Shown: positions 10,284 through 20,232 of the stretch, piece by piece
Layout of the letters: every line of letters starts with the position of its first letter
How positions within the stretch are numbered: the first letter of the stretch is position 1
Assembly: GCA_964291285.2 (NCBI GenBank)
Contig: OZ219785.1
Location: 1,056,001-1,120,000, forward strand
Direction: 5' to 3'
Length of the DNA stretch: 64,000 bases
Source of the DNA: Alphaproteobacteria bacterium
GTDB lineage: Bacteria; Pseudomonadota; Alphaproteobacteria; Bin95
The notes under the pieces: generated by a model
Seen by the model: only the letters and a program-made list of their open reading frames with translations
The model's database searches: none
Told to the model about the DNA's origin: nothing
Program-made: the position numbers and the translations under genes

Positions 10284-10775
10284 TTATCCCTGATCGACCG
10301 GCCGTTCGGTCCTCACGCCGACGCCGCGCGCCCGGCAGACATGGTTGCCGTCCTGGTCGTAGTAATCGACAAGGCGCTCGGTGAAGGTGAGCTTGCCGGC
10401 GCGCCGGCTCTCCTTCTCCCAGGTCTCGCCCTGGCTGTAGCGCGCCGTCAGCACGTCGCCCGGCCGGACCGGGCGGGTATATTCGAAATGCTGCTCGGCA
10501 TGGAGGCCGCCGGACGTCGCCGGCTTGCCCTCGATGCCGGACGGGTTGCCGCCCGAGCCGAACCAGGCCTCGCCGTCCTTGATGCGCAGCGGGTATTCGG
10601 GGTCGAACTGGGCGACCGCCTGCGGGAAGGTCGGCGGGGCCACCTGGGCGCCCACCGGGTTGCCCTCGCCCTGGCCGGGATCGTGGTAGGCGGGGTTGTA
10701 GTCTCCGATCGAGCGGGCGAACATCATCACATGCGTGCCCTCGACCGGGAAGGTGACGGTCTTTTCGTCCGACAC
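10284..10775 (-). CDS. MaoC-like N-terminal-half dehydratase (partner subunit)
   Basis: FARSIGDYNP, APPTF, GLHAEQHFEYTRPVRPGD. Confidence 0.85.
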   Translation of the reverse strand: MSDEKTVTFPVEGTHVMMFARSIGDYNPAYHDPGQGEGNPVGAQVAPPTFPQAVAQFDPEYPLRIKDGEAWFGSGGNPSGIEGKPATSGGLHAEQHFEYTRPVRPGDVLTARYSQGETWEKESRRAGKLTFTERLVDYYDQDGNHVCRARGVGVRTERPVDQG

Positions 10776-10824
10776 GGGGCGGCTCTCCTTGCTTCGGTGC
10801 TGACCGGGCGACTATAGCGGGGCC

Positions 10825-11283
10825 ATGGACGCGGACAAGAGCGGGTTGCACCTCATCAAGCTGTCGGTCGGCACCGAGAGCGTGGAAGGGCTGGCGGGCT
10901 GGCAGGAGAGCCGCCGGGCGCACTGGAAGGCGGTGGAAGGCCGCGCCATCGCCAGGCACATCACCCGCATGACGCCGCGGCGGGGCGGGGAGATACTGGC
11001 CGGCGGCGGGTCGATCTACTGGGTCATCAGGGGCTTCGTGCAGGCCCGGCAGCGCATCCTCGCCTTCGAGCCGGCGCCGGGGGCGGGCGGCAGGCCGAGC
11101 TGCGCCATCCTGCTCGACGATGCGCTGGTCCGCGTGGCGCCGCGCGCCCACCGCCCGTTCCAGGGCTGGCGCTATCTCCGCGCCGAGGACGCGCCCGCCG
11201 ACCTTCCCGCGGACTATGCGGCCGAGGGCGACGCGCTGCCGCCCGGCCTCGCCGCCGAACTCGGCGAACTCGGGCTGCTGTAG
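10825..11283 (+). CDS. DUF1489 family protein
   Basis: LHLIKLSVG, TRMTPRR, GGSIYWVIRG, PFQGWRYL. Confidence 0.9.
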   Translation: MDADKSGLHLIKLSVGTESVEGLAGWQESRRAHWKAVEGRAIARHITRMTPRRGGEILAGGGSIYWVIRGFVQARQRILAFEPAPGAGGRPSCAILLDDALVRVAPRAHRPFQGWRYLRAEDAPADLPADYAAEGDALPPGLAAELGELGLL

Positions 11284-11285
11284 CG

Positions 11286-11531
11286 ATGGCGAAAGCGGCC
11301 AAAGACATGACCGGACCGCGACGACCGGAATTGCTGGACCTGGTGGCCGTGCTCGCGAGTCCGGGCGATCCGGAGATTCGGGCAGGCGATGTCGGCACTG
11401 TCGTTGAGCTCCTGCCGCCCGACGCCGTGGAAGTCGAGTTCCTGAGCCGCGACGGCCGAACCCGGCATGTCGGCACATTGCCCCTGAGCGGTGTACTGGC
11501 CCTCAACCGCGAGCGAACCCGCGTGGCCTGA
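11286..11531 (+). CDS. DUF4926 family protein
   Basis: LLDLVAVL...GDVGTVVELL...EVEFLSRDGRT. Confidence 0.8.
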   Translation: MAKAAKDMTGPRRPELLDLVAVLASPGDPEIRAGDVGTVVELLPPDAVEVEFLSRDGRTRHVGTLPLSGVLALNRERTRVA

Positions 11532-11553
11532 CACGGCGCTGCGGCCTCCCTTT

Positions 11554-11979
11554 TCAGGCCGCGGGGGCCTTCCACCGCTTCCGCTGGCGGCGGACGGCGA
11601 GGCGGCGGCGGCGCTCCATGCGGTGGCGCCGGAGGAATTTGCGCAGGGTCGACTCGTCGAACCGTGCGCCCTCGGCGGCCAGCGCCTCGCTCAGCGCCCG
11701 GCTGGTCAGCTCCGGGCGCGCCTCCAGGATGCGGACGATCCGGTCGCGCTCCGCCTCCACCCGCGAGGGAGGGCCGACGCGCCGCGTATCCGGCCGCACA
11801 TGCCCGCGTTCGCGAAACCGCTTCACCCAGCAGTTGACGCTCCTGGCGGCCAGCCCGAACCGGGCCGCCGCCCCCCGGCCGCTCATGCCCTCCTCCAGCA
11901 CCGCCGCCACCGCCCGCTCCCGCAGTTCCACGCCGACCGCCCGGCCCCGCCGGGATTCCGTCAGGATGCCGTCCGCCAT
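11554..11979 (-). CDS. IS630 transposase-derived HTH protein (OrfA only, no DDE domain)
   Basis: ELRERAVAAVLEEGMSGRGAAARFGL...WVKRFRERG...EARPELT...STLRKFLRR; AAGGAG RBS upstream. Confidence 0.8.
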   Translation of the reverse strand: MADGILTESRRGRAVGVELRERAVAAVLEEGMSGRGAAARFGLAARSVNCWVKRFRERGHVRPDTRRVGPPSRVEAERDRIVRILEARPELTSRALSEALAAEGARFDESTLRKFLRRHRMERRRRLAVRRQRKRWKAPAA

Positions 11980-12192
11980 CCCTTGCTCCTTTCCGTCCCC
12001 GTCCGCCGCGGGCCAACCCACCCGCCCGAACGGCGCATCGCCGCCATCTCCGCGCGCGCACCTTCCCCGTTTGCCGCCCGGCCCCCGGCCGCCGGCAGTT
12101 TCCCTTGAAAATCGAGCCGGAACGGACGCCGCAATGCGCCCGGCCCGCCAGCCCGTCAGGTCATGCCCCCGCTCTCTCTGTGCATCGGAGTG

Positions 12193-12225
12193 GAACTTAT
12201 ATAGAACAAAAAGGGATAATGTCAA
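12193..12225 (-). promoter_or_regulatory. Sigma70-type promoter with alphaproteobacterial LexA box
   Basis: On the minus strand, TTGACA (12220-12225) is followed by a perfect GTTC-N7-GTTC (12193-12207) overlapping the -10 region. Confidence 0.75.
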
Positions 12226-12239
12226 GCCGAAAACGCCGC

Positions 12240-12265
12240 CCCTTCGACAGGCTCAGGATGAGGGA
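12240..12265. repeat. REP-like repeat (CCCTTCGACAGGCTCAGG family)
   Basis: Same motif at 25249-25295 (twice) and inverted at about 46259-46281. Confidence 0.7.
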
Positions 12266-12284
12266 TTTGCCGGGATTGCCGCGC

Positions 12285-13715
12285 CTAGACGGCGAGGGCG
12301 AGCAGGCGGTCGAGGTCGAGATGCGCCTCCAGATGGTCGGCGAGGGCGTCCAGCACGGCGTCGGTCTCCGCCTCCCAGGCCCGTTGCCGCTCAGCGCCCA
12401 TGCGCGCGAGGAAGCGTTCTCGGAACCCGTCATTGGCGAACAGGCCGTGGCAGTAGGTGCCGAACACGAGGCCGTCTTCGGAGACCGCGCCCTCCGGCCG
12501 CCCGTCGAGATCGAGGAACGGCCGCGCCAGCGCAGGCCCGGACGAGCGGCCCATGTGGATTTCGTAGCCGGTGAGCCCGTCGGCAGTACGGACCGGCTCG
12601 GTGCGTTTTTCGCCCGTCAGCACCGTCTCAATGTCGAGCAGACCGAGGCCGGCGCTCGATCCCGGCGGGCCTTCCACGCCGTCCGGGTCGGACACGGACC
12701 GGCCCAGCATCTGGAAGCCGCCGCAGAGCCCCAGCACGCGCCCGCCCCGGCGCAGATGGGCGCGGATGTCGATATCCCAGCCCTGGTCCCTGAGGAAGGC
12801 GAGGTCGGCCCGCGTGTTCTTGCTGCCGGGCAGCACGGCGAGGCCGGTATCGCCCGGCAGCGCCTCGCCGGGGCGCACGAAGCGGACGCCGACCTCGCCG
12901 GCGAGCGGGTCGAGATCGTCGAAATTGGCGATCCGCGGATAGCGGAACGCGGCGACGCGCGGCGGCCCCGCCGACGCCCGGTCCGCTTCCAGAGCCATGG
13001 AGTCCTCCGCGGGCAGCTTGCGGGCGTCCTCGAACCAGGGCACCACGCCGAGGCAGGGCAGCCCCGCGAGACGCTCCAGCGCGGGAATAGCGGGGTCGAA
13101 CAGGGCGGGGTCGCCGCGGAACCTGTTGACGATATAGCCGCACAGCCTTGCCGCATCGGCGGGCGGCAGCACATGGCGCGTGCCGGCGATCGCCGCGATG
13201 ACCCCGCCCCGGTCGATGTCGGCGACCAGCACCACCGGCAGCCCGGCCGCCTCGGCGAAGCCCATATTGGCGATGTCGCCCTCGCGCAGGTTGATCTCCG
13301 AGGCGCTGCCGGCCCCCTCGACCAGGACGAGGTCGGCATCGGCGGCCAGCCGGCGGAAAGCGTCGAGCGCGCCGTCCAGCAGGCCGGCCTTCAGGCGCGC
13401 ATAGTGCTTCGCGTCCGCCCGCCCGACGGCGCGCCCGGCCAGCACGACCTGCGCGCCGAGTTCGGACTCGGGCTTCAGCAGCACCGGGTTCATGTCCACA
13501 TGCGGCGCCACGCCGGCGGCCCGCGCCTGCAGCGCCTGGGCGCGGCCGATCTCGCCGCCTTCCGGCGTGACCGCGGCATTGTTCGACATGTTCTGCGGCT
13601 TGAACGGTCTGACGCTGAGGCCGCGCCGCGCCCAGGCCCGGCAGAGCCCCGTCACGATCAGCGACTTGCCGGCATCGGAGCCGGTCCCCTGCACCATCAG
13701 CGCCCTGGCCGGCAT
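12285..13715 (-). CDS. cobQ: Cobyric acid synthase
   Basis: [50 protein letters not shown]. Confidence 0.96.
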   Translation of the reverse strand: MPARALMVQGTGSDAGKSLIVTGLCRAWARRGLSVRPFKPQNMSNNAAVTPEGGEIGRAQALQARAAGVAPHVDMNPVLLKPESELGAQVVLAGRAVGRADAKHYARLKAGLLDGALDAFRRLAADADLVLVEGAGSASEINLREGDIANMGFAEAAGLPVVLVADIDRGGVIAAIAGTRHVLPPADAARLCGYIVNRFRGDPALFDPAIPALERLAGLPCLGVVPWFEDARKLPAEDSMALEADRASAGPPRVAAFRYPRIANFDDLDPLAGEVGVRFVRPGEALPGDTGLAVLPGSKNTRADLAFLRDQGWDIDIRAHLRRGGRVLGLCGGFQMLGRSVSDPDGVEGPPGSSAGLGLLDIETVLTGEKRTEPVRTADGLTGYEIHMGRSSGPALARPFLDLDGRPEGAVSEDGLVFGTYCHGLFANDGFRERFLARMGAERQRAWEAETDAVLDALADHLEAHLDLDRLLALAV

Positions 13716-13762
13716 GGTGTCGGGCCCGCTTCGAGAGGGACCGGGACCGGCGCTCCGGCCCG

Positions 13763-14452
13763 CTAGAACCGGCTCAGTGCCTCGCGAAGCGCGTCGGCCC
13801 CGGGGTTGGCGTGGGCGCGCTCGATGACAATGGCGTGAGGCGTTGCGCCCTCCTTGTAGAAGGCCCGGTTCCAGTCCTGGCGGCGCGCGATCACCGCGCC
13901 TTCCAGGGAGGCGCCGGCGAAGAGGCCCTGGCTTGTGGAGAAGGTGAGAATGTCGGGCCCGACATTGCTGGTTGTCGCGCCCTCTATGCCCGCGCCTTTG
14001 GGGCCGGCGGCGACGGAAGCATCGGCGCCGAGCTTCATCTGGTTTTCTAGCACGGCCTCGAGGGCGCCGCTCGTGCGCATCAGCAGCATCGCCTCGGCGG
14101 TCTGGCCGCCGATCTGCAGGCCGAAGCTCACCGATGCCATGGTGTAGAACGCCGGGTAGCTCCACGATCCCTTCTCATTGCGGGTCAGCAACACGCCGCT
14201 GCCGCCCTCGCCGCCCACCAGGAACGCGCCCTTGATGAGGGTCGGGAAGATCAGCACGGCCTTTGCCTGGCCGAGAAAGCGCCTGAGGTTGGGCCCGACA
14301 TCCGGGTCGCGGGCAAGGCGCTGGACTGTGATCCGGGCCTTGTCCACGAGCTCGGTTGCCTCCGTTTCTTCGGTCGAGGCCGCTGCGGGTGCCGACCACA
14401 AGGCCGCAACCAGCAGGAGCGGGAGGATCGGGCGGGCTGACATGTGCTTCAT
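13763..14452 (-). CDS. Secreted SYLF/Ysc84 lipid-binding domain protein
   Basis: Signal peptide; [34 protein letters not shown]. Confidence 0.88.
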   Translation of the reverse strand: MKHMSARPILPLLLVAALWSAPAAASTEETEATELVDKARITVQRLARDPDVGPNLRRFLGQAKAVLIFPTLIKGAFLVGGEGGSGVLLTRNEKGSWSYPAFYTMASVSFGLQIGGQTAEAMLLMRTSGALEAVLENQMKLGADASVAAGPKGAGIEGATTSNVGPDILTFSTSQGLFAGASLEGAVIARRQDWNRAFYKEGATPHAIVIERAHANPGADALREALSRF

Positions 14453-14465
14453 CGGCGCCATGCTC

Positions 14466-15095
14466 CTAGAACTCAATGCCGATCTGAGCCTTCACACCGG
14501 CGCGGAAAGGGTGCTTCACGAGAGTCATTTCGGTGACGAGGTCGGCAACTTCAATCAATTCGGGCTTCGCATTGCGCCCGGTGACGACGACATGCAGGTT
14601 CTCCCGGCGGTTTGACAGCGCCGACAGCACCCGGTCGAGGTCCAGATAGCCGTAACGCAGCACGATGTTCAGCTCGTCGAGGATCACCATGGCGTTCGAC
14701 GGGTCGGCCATCATGGCTTCCGACATTTCCCAGGCGGCTTCGGCGGCGGCGATGTCGCGCGCGCGGTCCTGCGTCTCCCAGGTGAAGCCCTCGCCCATGG
14801 CGCGAATCTCGACCAGCTCCGGGAAACGGGCGAACACCTCGCGCTCGCCCGTCTTCCACACGCCCTTGACGAACTGCACCACGCCGACCTTGAGGCCGTT
14901 GCCGACGGCGCGGGCCGCCAGCCCGAAGGCCGCGGTCGATTTGCCCTTGCCCTTGCCGGTATGGACGATCAGAAGGCCTTTTTCGATCGTCTTGCCGGCC
15001 AGCATCCGGTCACGCGCGGCCTTACGCTTGCGAGCCTTCTCGTTCGCCCGGGCGTTGACGGCCTCCTCGTCGAGAGAGCCGGTCTCTCGGCTCAT
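14466..15095 (-). CDS. cobO: Cob(I)yrinic acid a,c-diamide adenosyltransferase
   Basis: HTGKGKGKSTAAFG, MGEGFTWETQD, ILDELN, VKHPF...GIEF. Confidence 0.96.
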   Translation of the reverse strand: MSRETGSLDEEAVNARANEKARKRKAARDRMLAGKTIEKGLLIVHTGKGKGKSTAAFGLAARAVGNGLKVGVVQFVKGVWKTGEREVFARFPELVEIRAMGEGFTWETQDRARDIAAAEAAWEMSEAMMADPSNAMVILDELNIVLRYGYLDLDRVLSALSNRRENLHVVVTGRNAKPELIEVADLVTEMTLVKHPFRAGVKAQIGIEF

Positions 15096-18000
15096 GGACG
15101 TTCTCCGCTGGCCAGCGACCGGAGCAAATCATAGCCGAAATTGGCTCTCGGCCGCCACAGGCCCCGGTCCAGCGCCTCCAGGAATCGCGCCGCCGTCTCG
15201 CGTAGCGCGGCAGGGTTGCTGCTCTCCATGAAATCCCGCACCGCCTCGTCGCGGATATAGGCGTCGAACAGCATTTCGAAGTGATGGTCGCGCACCGCGC
15301 CCGTCGTCGCGGCGAAGGCGAACAGGTAATCCACCGTGGCGGCGATCTCGAAGGCGCCCTTGTAGCCGTGGCGCATGACGCCCCGGATCCATTTGGGGTT
15401 GGCGGCGCGCGCGCGCACCGTGCGGGCGATTTCTTCCTCCAGGCGGAAGATACGCGGGCGTTCCGGGCGGGTGTGGTCGTTGTGATAGACCGCCGGGCGG
15501 TTTCCGGAGAGCATGGCCGCCGCCGCCGCCAGCCCGCCCTCGAACTGGTAGTAATCGTCGCTGTCGAGCAGGTCGTGCTCGCGATTGTCCTGGTTGTGGA
15601 CCACGGCCTCGACGCGCGCGAGCCGGCGCTCGAACGCGCGGTGGGCAGGCCGGCCCTCCTCGCCCGCGCCGTAGGCGTAGCCGCCCCAGGCGACATAGGC
15701 GCGCGCCAGGTCCCCGGGGCCGTCCCAGCCGCCCTCGTCGATCAGCGCCTGCAGGCCCGCCCCGTAAGCTCCCGGCATCGAGCCGAACACGCGCCAGGTC
15801 GCTTCGCGGAAGCCGTCGCCTTCCGGCGTGTAGAGCGGGTTGTCGTCCTCTTCCAACCGGGCGACGGCGCGCACCGCGCTGTCGAACAGGTCGATCAGGC
15901 CCGGAAAGGCGTCGCGGAAGAAGCCGGAGATTCTGAGCGTGACATCGACGCGCGGGCGGTCGAGCGCGCCGCGCGGCACGATCTCGAAGCCGGTCACGCG
16001 CCCGGAGGCCGCCTCCCATGTCGGGCGCACGCCCATCAGCGCCAGGGCTTGGGCGATGTCGTCGCCGCCGGTCCGCATCGCGCTGGTGCCCCAGGCGCTG
16101 AGCGCCAGCGCGCGCGGCCACTCGCCGTGGTCGCGGACATGGCGCTCAACCAGCAGCGTGGCTGAATGCCAGCCGAGCTGCACGGCGGCGGGGGTCGGCA
16201 CGGCGCGCGTGTCGACGGAGTAGAAGTTGCGCCCGGTCGGCAGCACGTCCGGCCGGCCTCTGGTCGGCGCGCCGGAGGGGCCGGGCTCGATGAAACGGCC
16301 CGCGAGGCCCGCCCTGAGGCCGGCGGTCTCCGCCGCGCCCGAACGGTCGAGCGCCGGGGCCAGCGTTTGGCTGAGGAAGCCGAGCGCGGCGGCGCTTTCG
16401 GGGCCGGGCGGTTCGTCCGCGCCGTCCGCCAGCCGCGCCATCGCTGCCTCGAGCCGCTCCAGCGTGTCGCCCGCCGTGCGCCAGGGGGCCTCGCCGGTCA
16501 GGAAAGCGGGCCGGGGGCCGGTCCACGGTGCGGCCAGGTCCTCGCCGACCTCGATGCCGAGGTCCGCCATGAGCGCCGGCAGCAGCCGCGGGCGCATGGC
16601 GGCCACCAGCAGGTCGCGCCGCTGTGGGCCCTCGGGAGAGGCGCCGAAGACGTGCAGCCCGTCGCGGATCTGCAGCTCCTTCAGTTCGCAGAGATAGCCG
16701 TCGAGCTTGCCGAGCGCCGCCGCCTCGCCGTCCTCCGGGCGGATGCCGCAATCGGCCGCCAGCCCCTCGCGCTCCGCAAGGTCCCGTATATCTGAAGCCA
16801 GCACCGGCAGGCGGCGCGGGTCCAGCGTCGATGCCTGGAAATACTCGTCCACCAGCCTTTCCAGCTCCACCATGGCCCCGTGGCTCTCCGCGCGTGTGAG
16901 GGGAGGGGTCAGGTGGTCGACAATTGCGGCATGAGTGCGGCGCTTGGCCTGCGCGCCTTCGCCCGGATCGTTGACGATGAACGGGTAGAGGTTCGGCATG
17001 GGCCCGAGCACGGCATCCGGGAAGCAGTCCCCTGAAAGCGCCAGCGCCTTGCCCGGCAGCCATTCCAGATTGCCGTGCTTGCCTAGATGTATGACGGCAT
17101 CGGCCGCGAAGCCGCGCCTCAGCCAGCCATAGAAAGCGAGATAGGCGGGCGGCGGCGGCAGGGCGGGGTCGTGGTAGCTGGAGGCCGGGTCGATGTCGTA
17201 GCCGCGCGAGGGCTGCACCGCGACGGCGATATCGCCGAACAGGAGCGCCGGTATTACGGTGTCCCGGCGCGTAAGGCCCCAGCGTTTCTGGACCAGATCG
17301 ATTGCGCCGGCAGGCAGGCCGTCCAGGAAGGCCCGGAAATCGCGTTCCGGAAAGACCGGGCCTCCGGTCCGCGCTTCCTGAAGTTCCCGCATGAGCGCGT
17401 CGCCGTCTGCCGGCAGTCCCCCGGCCCCGAGCGCACGGAGCACGGCCAGCGCCGAAGCCGGCGTGTCGAGGCCGACGCCGTTGCCGATGCGCCCGTCGCG
17501 GGTCGGGTAGTTGGCGAGGACCAGGGCTATGCGCTTCCGTCCGGGCCGGCGGAGTTTCGCCCAGTTGGCGGCGAGTTCCGCGACGAAGCGCACCCGGTCC
17601 GGCACCGGCCGGTAGCGGGTGATGTCGCACTCCGTCGCCGCGTCGCGCCGGCTCGGCGCCTTGAAGGAGACCGCGCGGGAGATCAGCCGCCCGTCCACCT
17701 CCGGCAGCGCGATGTTCATGGCGATGTCGCGCGGGGAGAGGCCGCGCGTGCCCTCGCGCCAGGCGGCCTCCGCGCCGCCGGAGAGCACCGCCTGGACCAC
17801 CGGGCAGTCATAGCGGTCGAGCGGCCCCGGCCCGTCCGCGCCGCGCGCCGCGAAGCCGGTGGTGTTCACGATGACGGCGGGCGGCTCGGCTGCGAACAGG
17901 CGCTGCAGCAGGCCGAGCGAGTCCGGGTCCTTGAGGCTGGAAATGGCGACCGGCCGGGGCGAGACGCCTGCCGCCGCCATCTCCTCCGCCAGCATGTCGA

Positions 18001-18610
18001 TGGCCGCCACGTTCCCGGATTGCAGGTGCGCCCGGTAGAACAGCAGCGGTGCGACCGGGCCGTCGCCCATCGCTGCCGCATAGGGCCGGGCGCGCGGGAT
18101 CGGCTCGGGCTCCCGCCAGGGGGCGGGGCGGCCAAGCAGGTGGGCGGCGTAGCGCAGGCAGTTCAGCGCGTTGTCGGGACCGCCCTCCGCCAGGTAGCGC
18201 CAGAGGCGGCGGCAAGCGTCCGCATCGAGGCTGGACCAGGCGTCGAGCTCCGGGTCCGCCCGGTCGTCGCCCGGCAGCAGCGCCACCGGCGCCTCCAGCG
18301 CGTTCAGCCGCTCAACGCCGTAAGGCCAGTAGCCGCGCCCGCCGAGGAGGCGGACCACGACCAGCCGGGCGCGGGAGAGCACGCGCTCGACATGCAGATC
18401 GACGGACAGGTTGTGGCCGAGCGCCATGACGTTGGCGAGCCGGAGCGTCGGGGCGTGCCCGTCCTCGGCGAGGCGTTTTCGCTGGGCCTCGGCGAGCAGG
18501 GCGAGCTCCGTGTCGGCCGCGCTCAGGACCGCGATGTCGCCCGGCGTCTGGCCGAGATCGACCGCCTCGCCCTCCTCGACCGCGCCCGGGGTTGCGGCTA
18601 GGAGATGCAC
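15092..18610 (-). CDS. cobN: Cobaltochelatase subunit CobN
   Basis: MHLLAATPG, HLGKHGNLEWLPGK, LPTGRNFYSVD, HNQDNREHDLLDSDDYYQF. Confidence 0.96.
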   Translation of the reverse strand: MHLLAATPGAVEEGEAVDLGQTPGDIAVLSAADTELALLAEAQRKRLAEDGHAPTLRLANVMALGHNLSVDLHVERVLSRARLVVVRLLGGRGYWPYGVERLNALEAPVALLPGDDRADPELDAWSSLDADACRRLWRYLAEGGPDNALNCLRYAAHLLGRPAPWREPEPIPRARPYAAAMGDGPVAPLLFYRAHLQSGNVAAIDMLAEEMAAAGVSPRPVAISSLKDPDSLGLLQRLFAAEPPAVIVNTTGFAARGADGPGPLDRYDCPVVQAVLSGGAEAAWREGTRGLSPRDIAMNIALPEVDGRLISRAVSFKAPSRRDAATECDITRYRPVPDRVRFVAELAANWAKLRRPGRKRIALVLANYPTRDGRIGNGVGLDTPASALAVLRALGAGGLPADGDALMRELQEARTGGPVFPERDFRAFLDGLPAGAIDLVQKRWGLTRRDTVIPALLFGDIAVAVQPSRGYDIDPASSYHDPALPPPPAYLAFYGWLRRGFAADAVIHLGKHGNLEWLPGKALALSGDCFPDAVLGPMPNLYPFIVNDPGEGAQAKRRTHAAIVDHLTPPLTRAESHGAMVELERLVDEYFQASTLDPRRLPVLASDIRDLAEREGLAADCGIRPEDGEAAALGKLDGYLCELKELQIRDGLHVFGASPEGPQRRDLLVAAMRPRLLPALMADLGIEVGEDLAAPWTGPRPAFLTGEAPWRTAGDTLERLEAAMARLADGADEPPGPESAAALGFLSQTLAPALDRSGAAETAGLRAGLAGRFIEPGPSGAPTRGRPDVLPTGRNFYSVDTRAVPTPAAVQLGWHSATLLVERHVRDHGEWPRALALSAWGTSAMRTGGDDIAQALALMGVRPTWEAASGRVTGFEIVPRGALDRPRVDVTLRISGFFRDAFPGLIDLFDSAVRAVARLEEDDNPLYTPEGDGFREATWRVFGSMPGAYGAGLQALIDEGGWDGPGDLARAYVAWGGYAYGAGEEGRPAHRAFERRLARVEAVVHNQDNREHDLLDSDDYYQFEGGLAAAAAMLSGNRPAVYHNDHTRPERPRIFRLEEEIARTVRARAANPKWIRGVMRHGYKGAFEIAATVDYLFAFAATTGAVRDHHFEMLFDAYIRDEAVRDFMESSNPAALRETAARFLEALDRGLWRPRANFGYDLLRSLASGERP

Positions 18611-19641
18611 CGTCCGCCAAGCGTCCGGGCGACGGCCTCGCGGTCGAGGCCGGCGAAGCCGATCACCACCAGCCGCGTCAGCGGCTCCTCGCCGGCCTGC
18701 CAGGGCCGGTCGTACCAGGTCTCGGTGCGGGCGCCGACGCCCTGCACGGCGAGCCGCATCGCCTTGCCCTCGACCGCTGCGAACCCCTTGACGCGGAGCA
18801 CGTCGTGGCCCTTTGCCGCCGCCGCGATACGCTCGGCGAGCGCCGCCGGCTCGACCGGCCCCGCCTCGACGGCGAAGCTCTCGAAATCGTCATGGTCGTG
18901 CTCGTCCTCGCCGTCATGGTGCGAGGGACGCGCGCCGAGGTCGTCTTCCGCCGCCACTTCCAGGCCGAGGAGCAGGCGCGTATCGACCGCCCCGCCGGTT
19001 GAGCCGACCGTCTTGACCGCGGGCGAGCGCAGCCCCTGCCGCACCTGGGCAAGCACGCCCGCCCATTCCGGCGCGTCCAGCAGGTCGCGCTTGTTGACGA
19101 CGACGAGGTCGGCGGCGGCGAGCTGGTCCTCGAACAGCTCCTCGAGCGGCGCGTCGTGGTCGAGCGCCGGATCGGCCCGGCGCGCCGCGTCCACGGCTTC
19201 CGGGTCGGCGGCGAAACGCCCGGCGGCGACGGCCGCGGCGTCCACTACCGCGACAACGCCGTCCACCGTGGTGCGCGAGCGCACCTCCGGCCAGGCGAAG
19301 GCCTGTACCAGCGGTTTCGGCAATGCGAGGCCCGAGGTCTCGATGACGATGTGGTCTGGCGGGTCGGGCCGGTCGAGCAGCGCCTGCATGGTCGGCAGGA
19401 AATCGTCCGCCACGGTGCAGCAGATGCACCCGTTGGCGAGCTCGACGATGTCCTCGTCCCCGCAGCCCTCGATGCCGCAGGCGCGCAAGAGTTCGCCGTC
19501 TATGCCGAGGTCGCCGAACTCGTTGACGACCACCGCGAGGCGCCGCCCGCCGGCATTCTCCAGCAGGTGGCGGACCAGGCTGGTCTTGCCGGCGCCGAGA
19601 AAGCCGGTGACGACGGTTGCCGGTATCTTCGGTTTCAGCAT
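18598..19641 (-). CDS. cobW: Cobalamin biosynthesis GTPase CobW
   Basis: TGFLGAGKT, NGCICCTVADDF, ETSGLALPKPL, His-rich HHDGEDEHDHDD. Confidence 0.95.
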   Translation of the reverse strand: MLKPKIPATVVTGFLGAGKTSLVRHLLENAGGRRLAVVVNEFGDLGIDGELLRACGIEGCGDEDIVELANGCICCTVADDFLPTMQALLDRPDPPDHIVIETSGLALPKPLVQAFAWPEVRSRTTVDGVVAVVDAAAVAAGRFAADPEAVDAARRADPALDHDAPLEELFEDQLAAADLVVVNKRDLLDAPEWAGVLAQVRQGLRSPAVKTVGSTGGAVDTRLLLGLEVAAEDDLGARPSHHDGEDEHDHDDFESFAVEAGPVEPAALAERIAAAAKGHDVLRVKGFAAVEGKAMRLAVQGVGARTETWYDRPWQAGEEPLTRLVVIGFAGLDREAVARTLGGRCIS

Positions 19642-19652
19642 GGGATGCGCTT

Positions 19653-20144
19653 TCAGGGCTTCAGCACAAGCGGCAGGCCGGCCACGACGAACACGACCCG
19701 GTCGGCGGCGCAGGCGATTTCCTCGTTCAGCCGCCCCTGGGCCTCGCGGAAGCGCCGGCCGAGCGGCGTTGCGGGCACGAGGCCCATGCCGGTTTCGTTG
19801 GAAACCAGCACGGTCTGACCGTTGCGGCCCGCGAGCGCCTCCAGCAGCGCGCCGGTGTCCGGCTCCCGGCCGGCGGCGAGCGCATTGGAGAGCCAGAGCG
19901 TGAGGCAGTCCGCCAGCACCGGCATGCCGCGGGCTTGCCGGAGCGCCTCGGGCAGGCGGCAGGGCGCCTCGACGGTCGTCCAGCAGGGCCCCCGCCGGGC
20001 GCGGTGGCGGGCGATGCGCTCCGCCATCTCGGCGTCGCCCGCCTCGGCCGTGGCAATATAGACGGCGGGCCCGTCGAACAGCGATTCGGCGTAGCGGCTC
20101 TTGCCGGAGGCGGCGCCGCCCAGCACCAGGGTCGTGGTGGTCAT
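19653..20144 (-). CDS. cobU: Adenosylcobinamide kinase/cobinamide-phosphate guanylyltransferase
   Basis: LGGAASGKSRYAE, DCLTLWLSN, VSNETGMG, VAGLP. Confidence 0.94.
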   Translation of the reverse strand: MTTTTLVLGGAASGKSRYAESLFDGPAVYIATAEAGDAEMAERIARHRARRGPCWTTVEAPCRLPEALRQARGMPVLADCLTLWLSNALAAGREPDTGALLEALAGRNGQTVLVSNETGMGLVPATPLGRRFREAQGRLNEEIACAADRVVFVVAGLPLVLKP

Positions 20145-20232
20145 GGGGATGTTTGCTACCGGCGTTTCGCCGGCCGTTCAAGGCGCGCGGTCCGGCTCGA
20201 CTTTCCGGGCGCGCCGGGGCATATCCCGGCCC

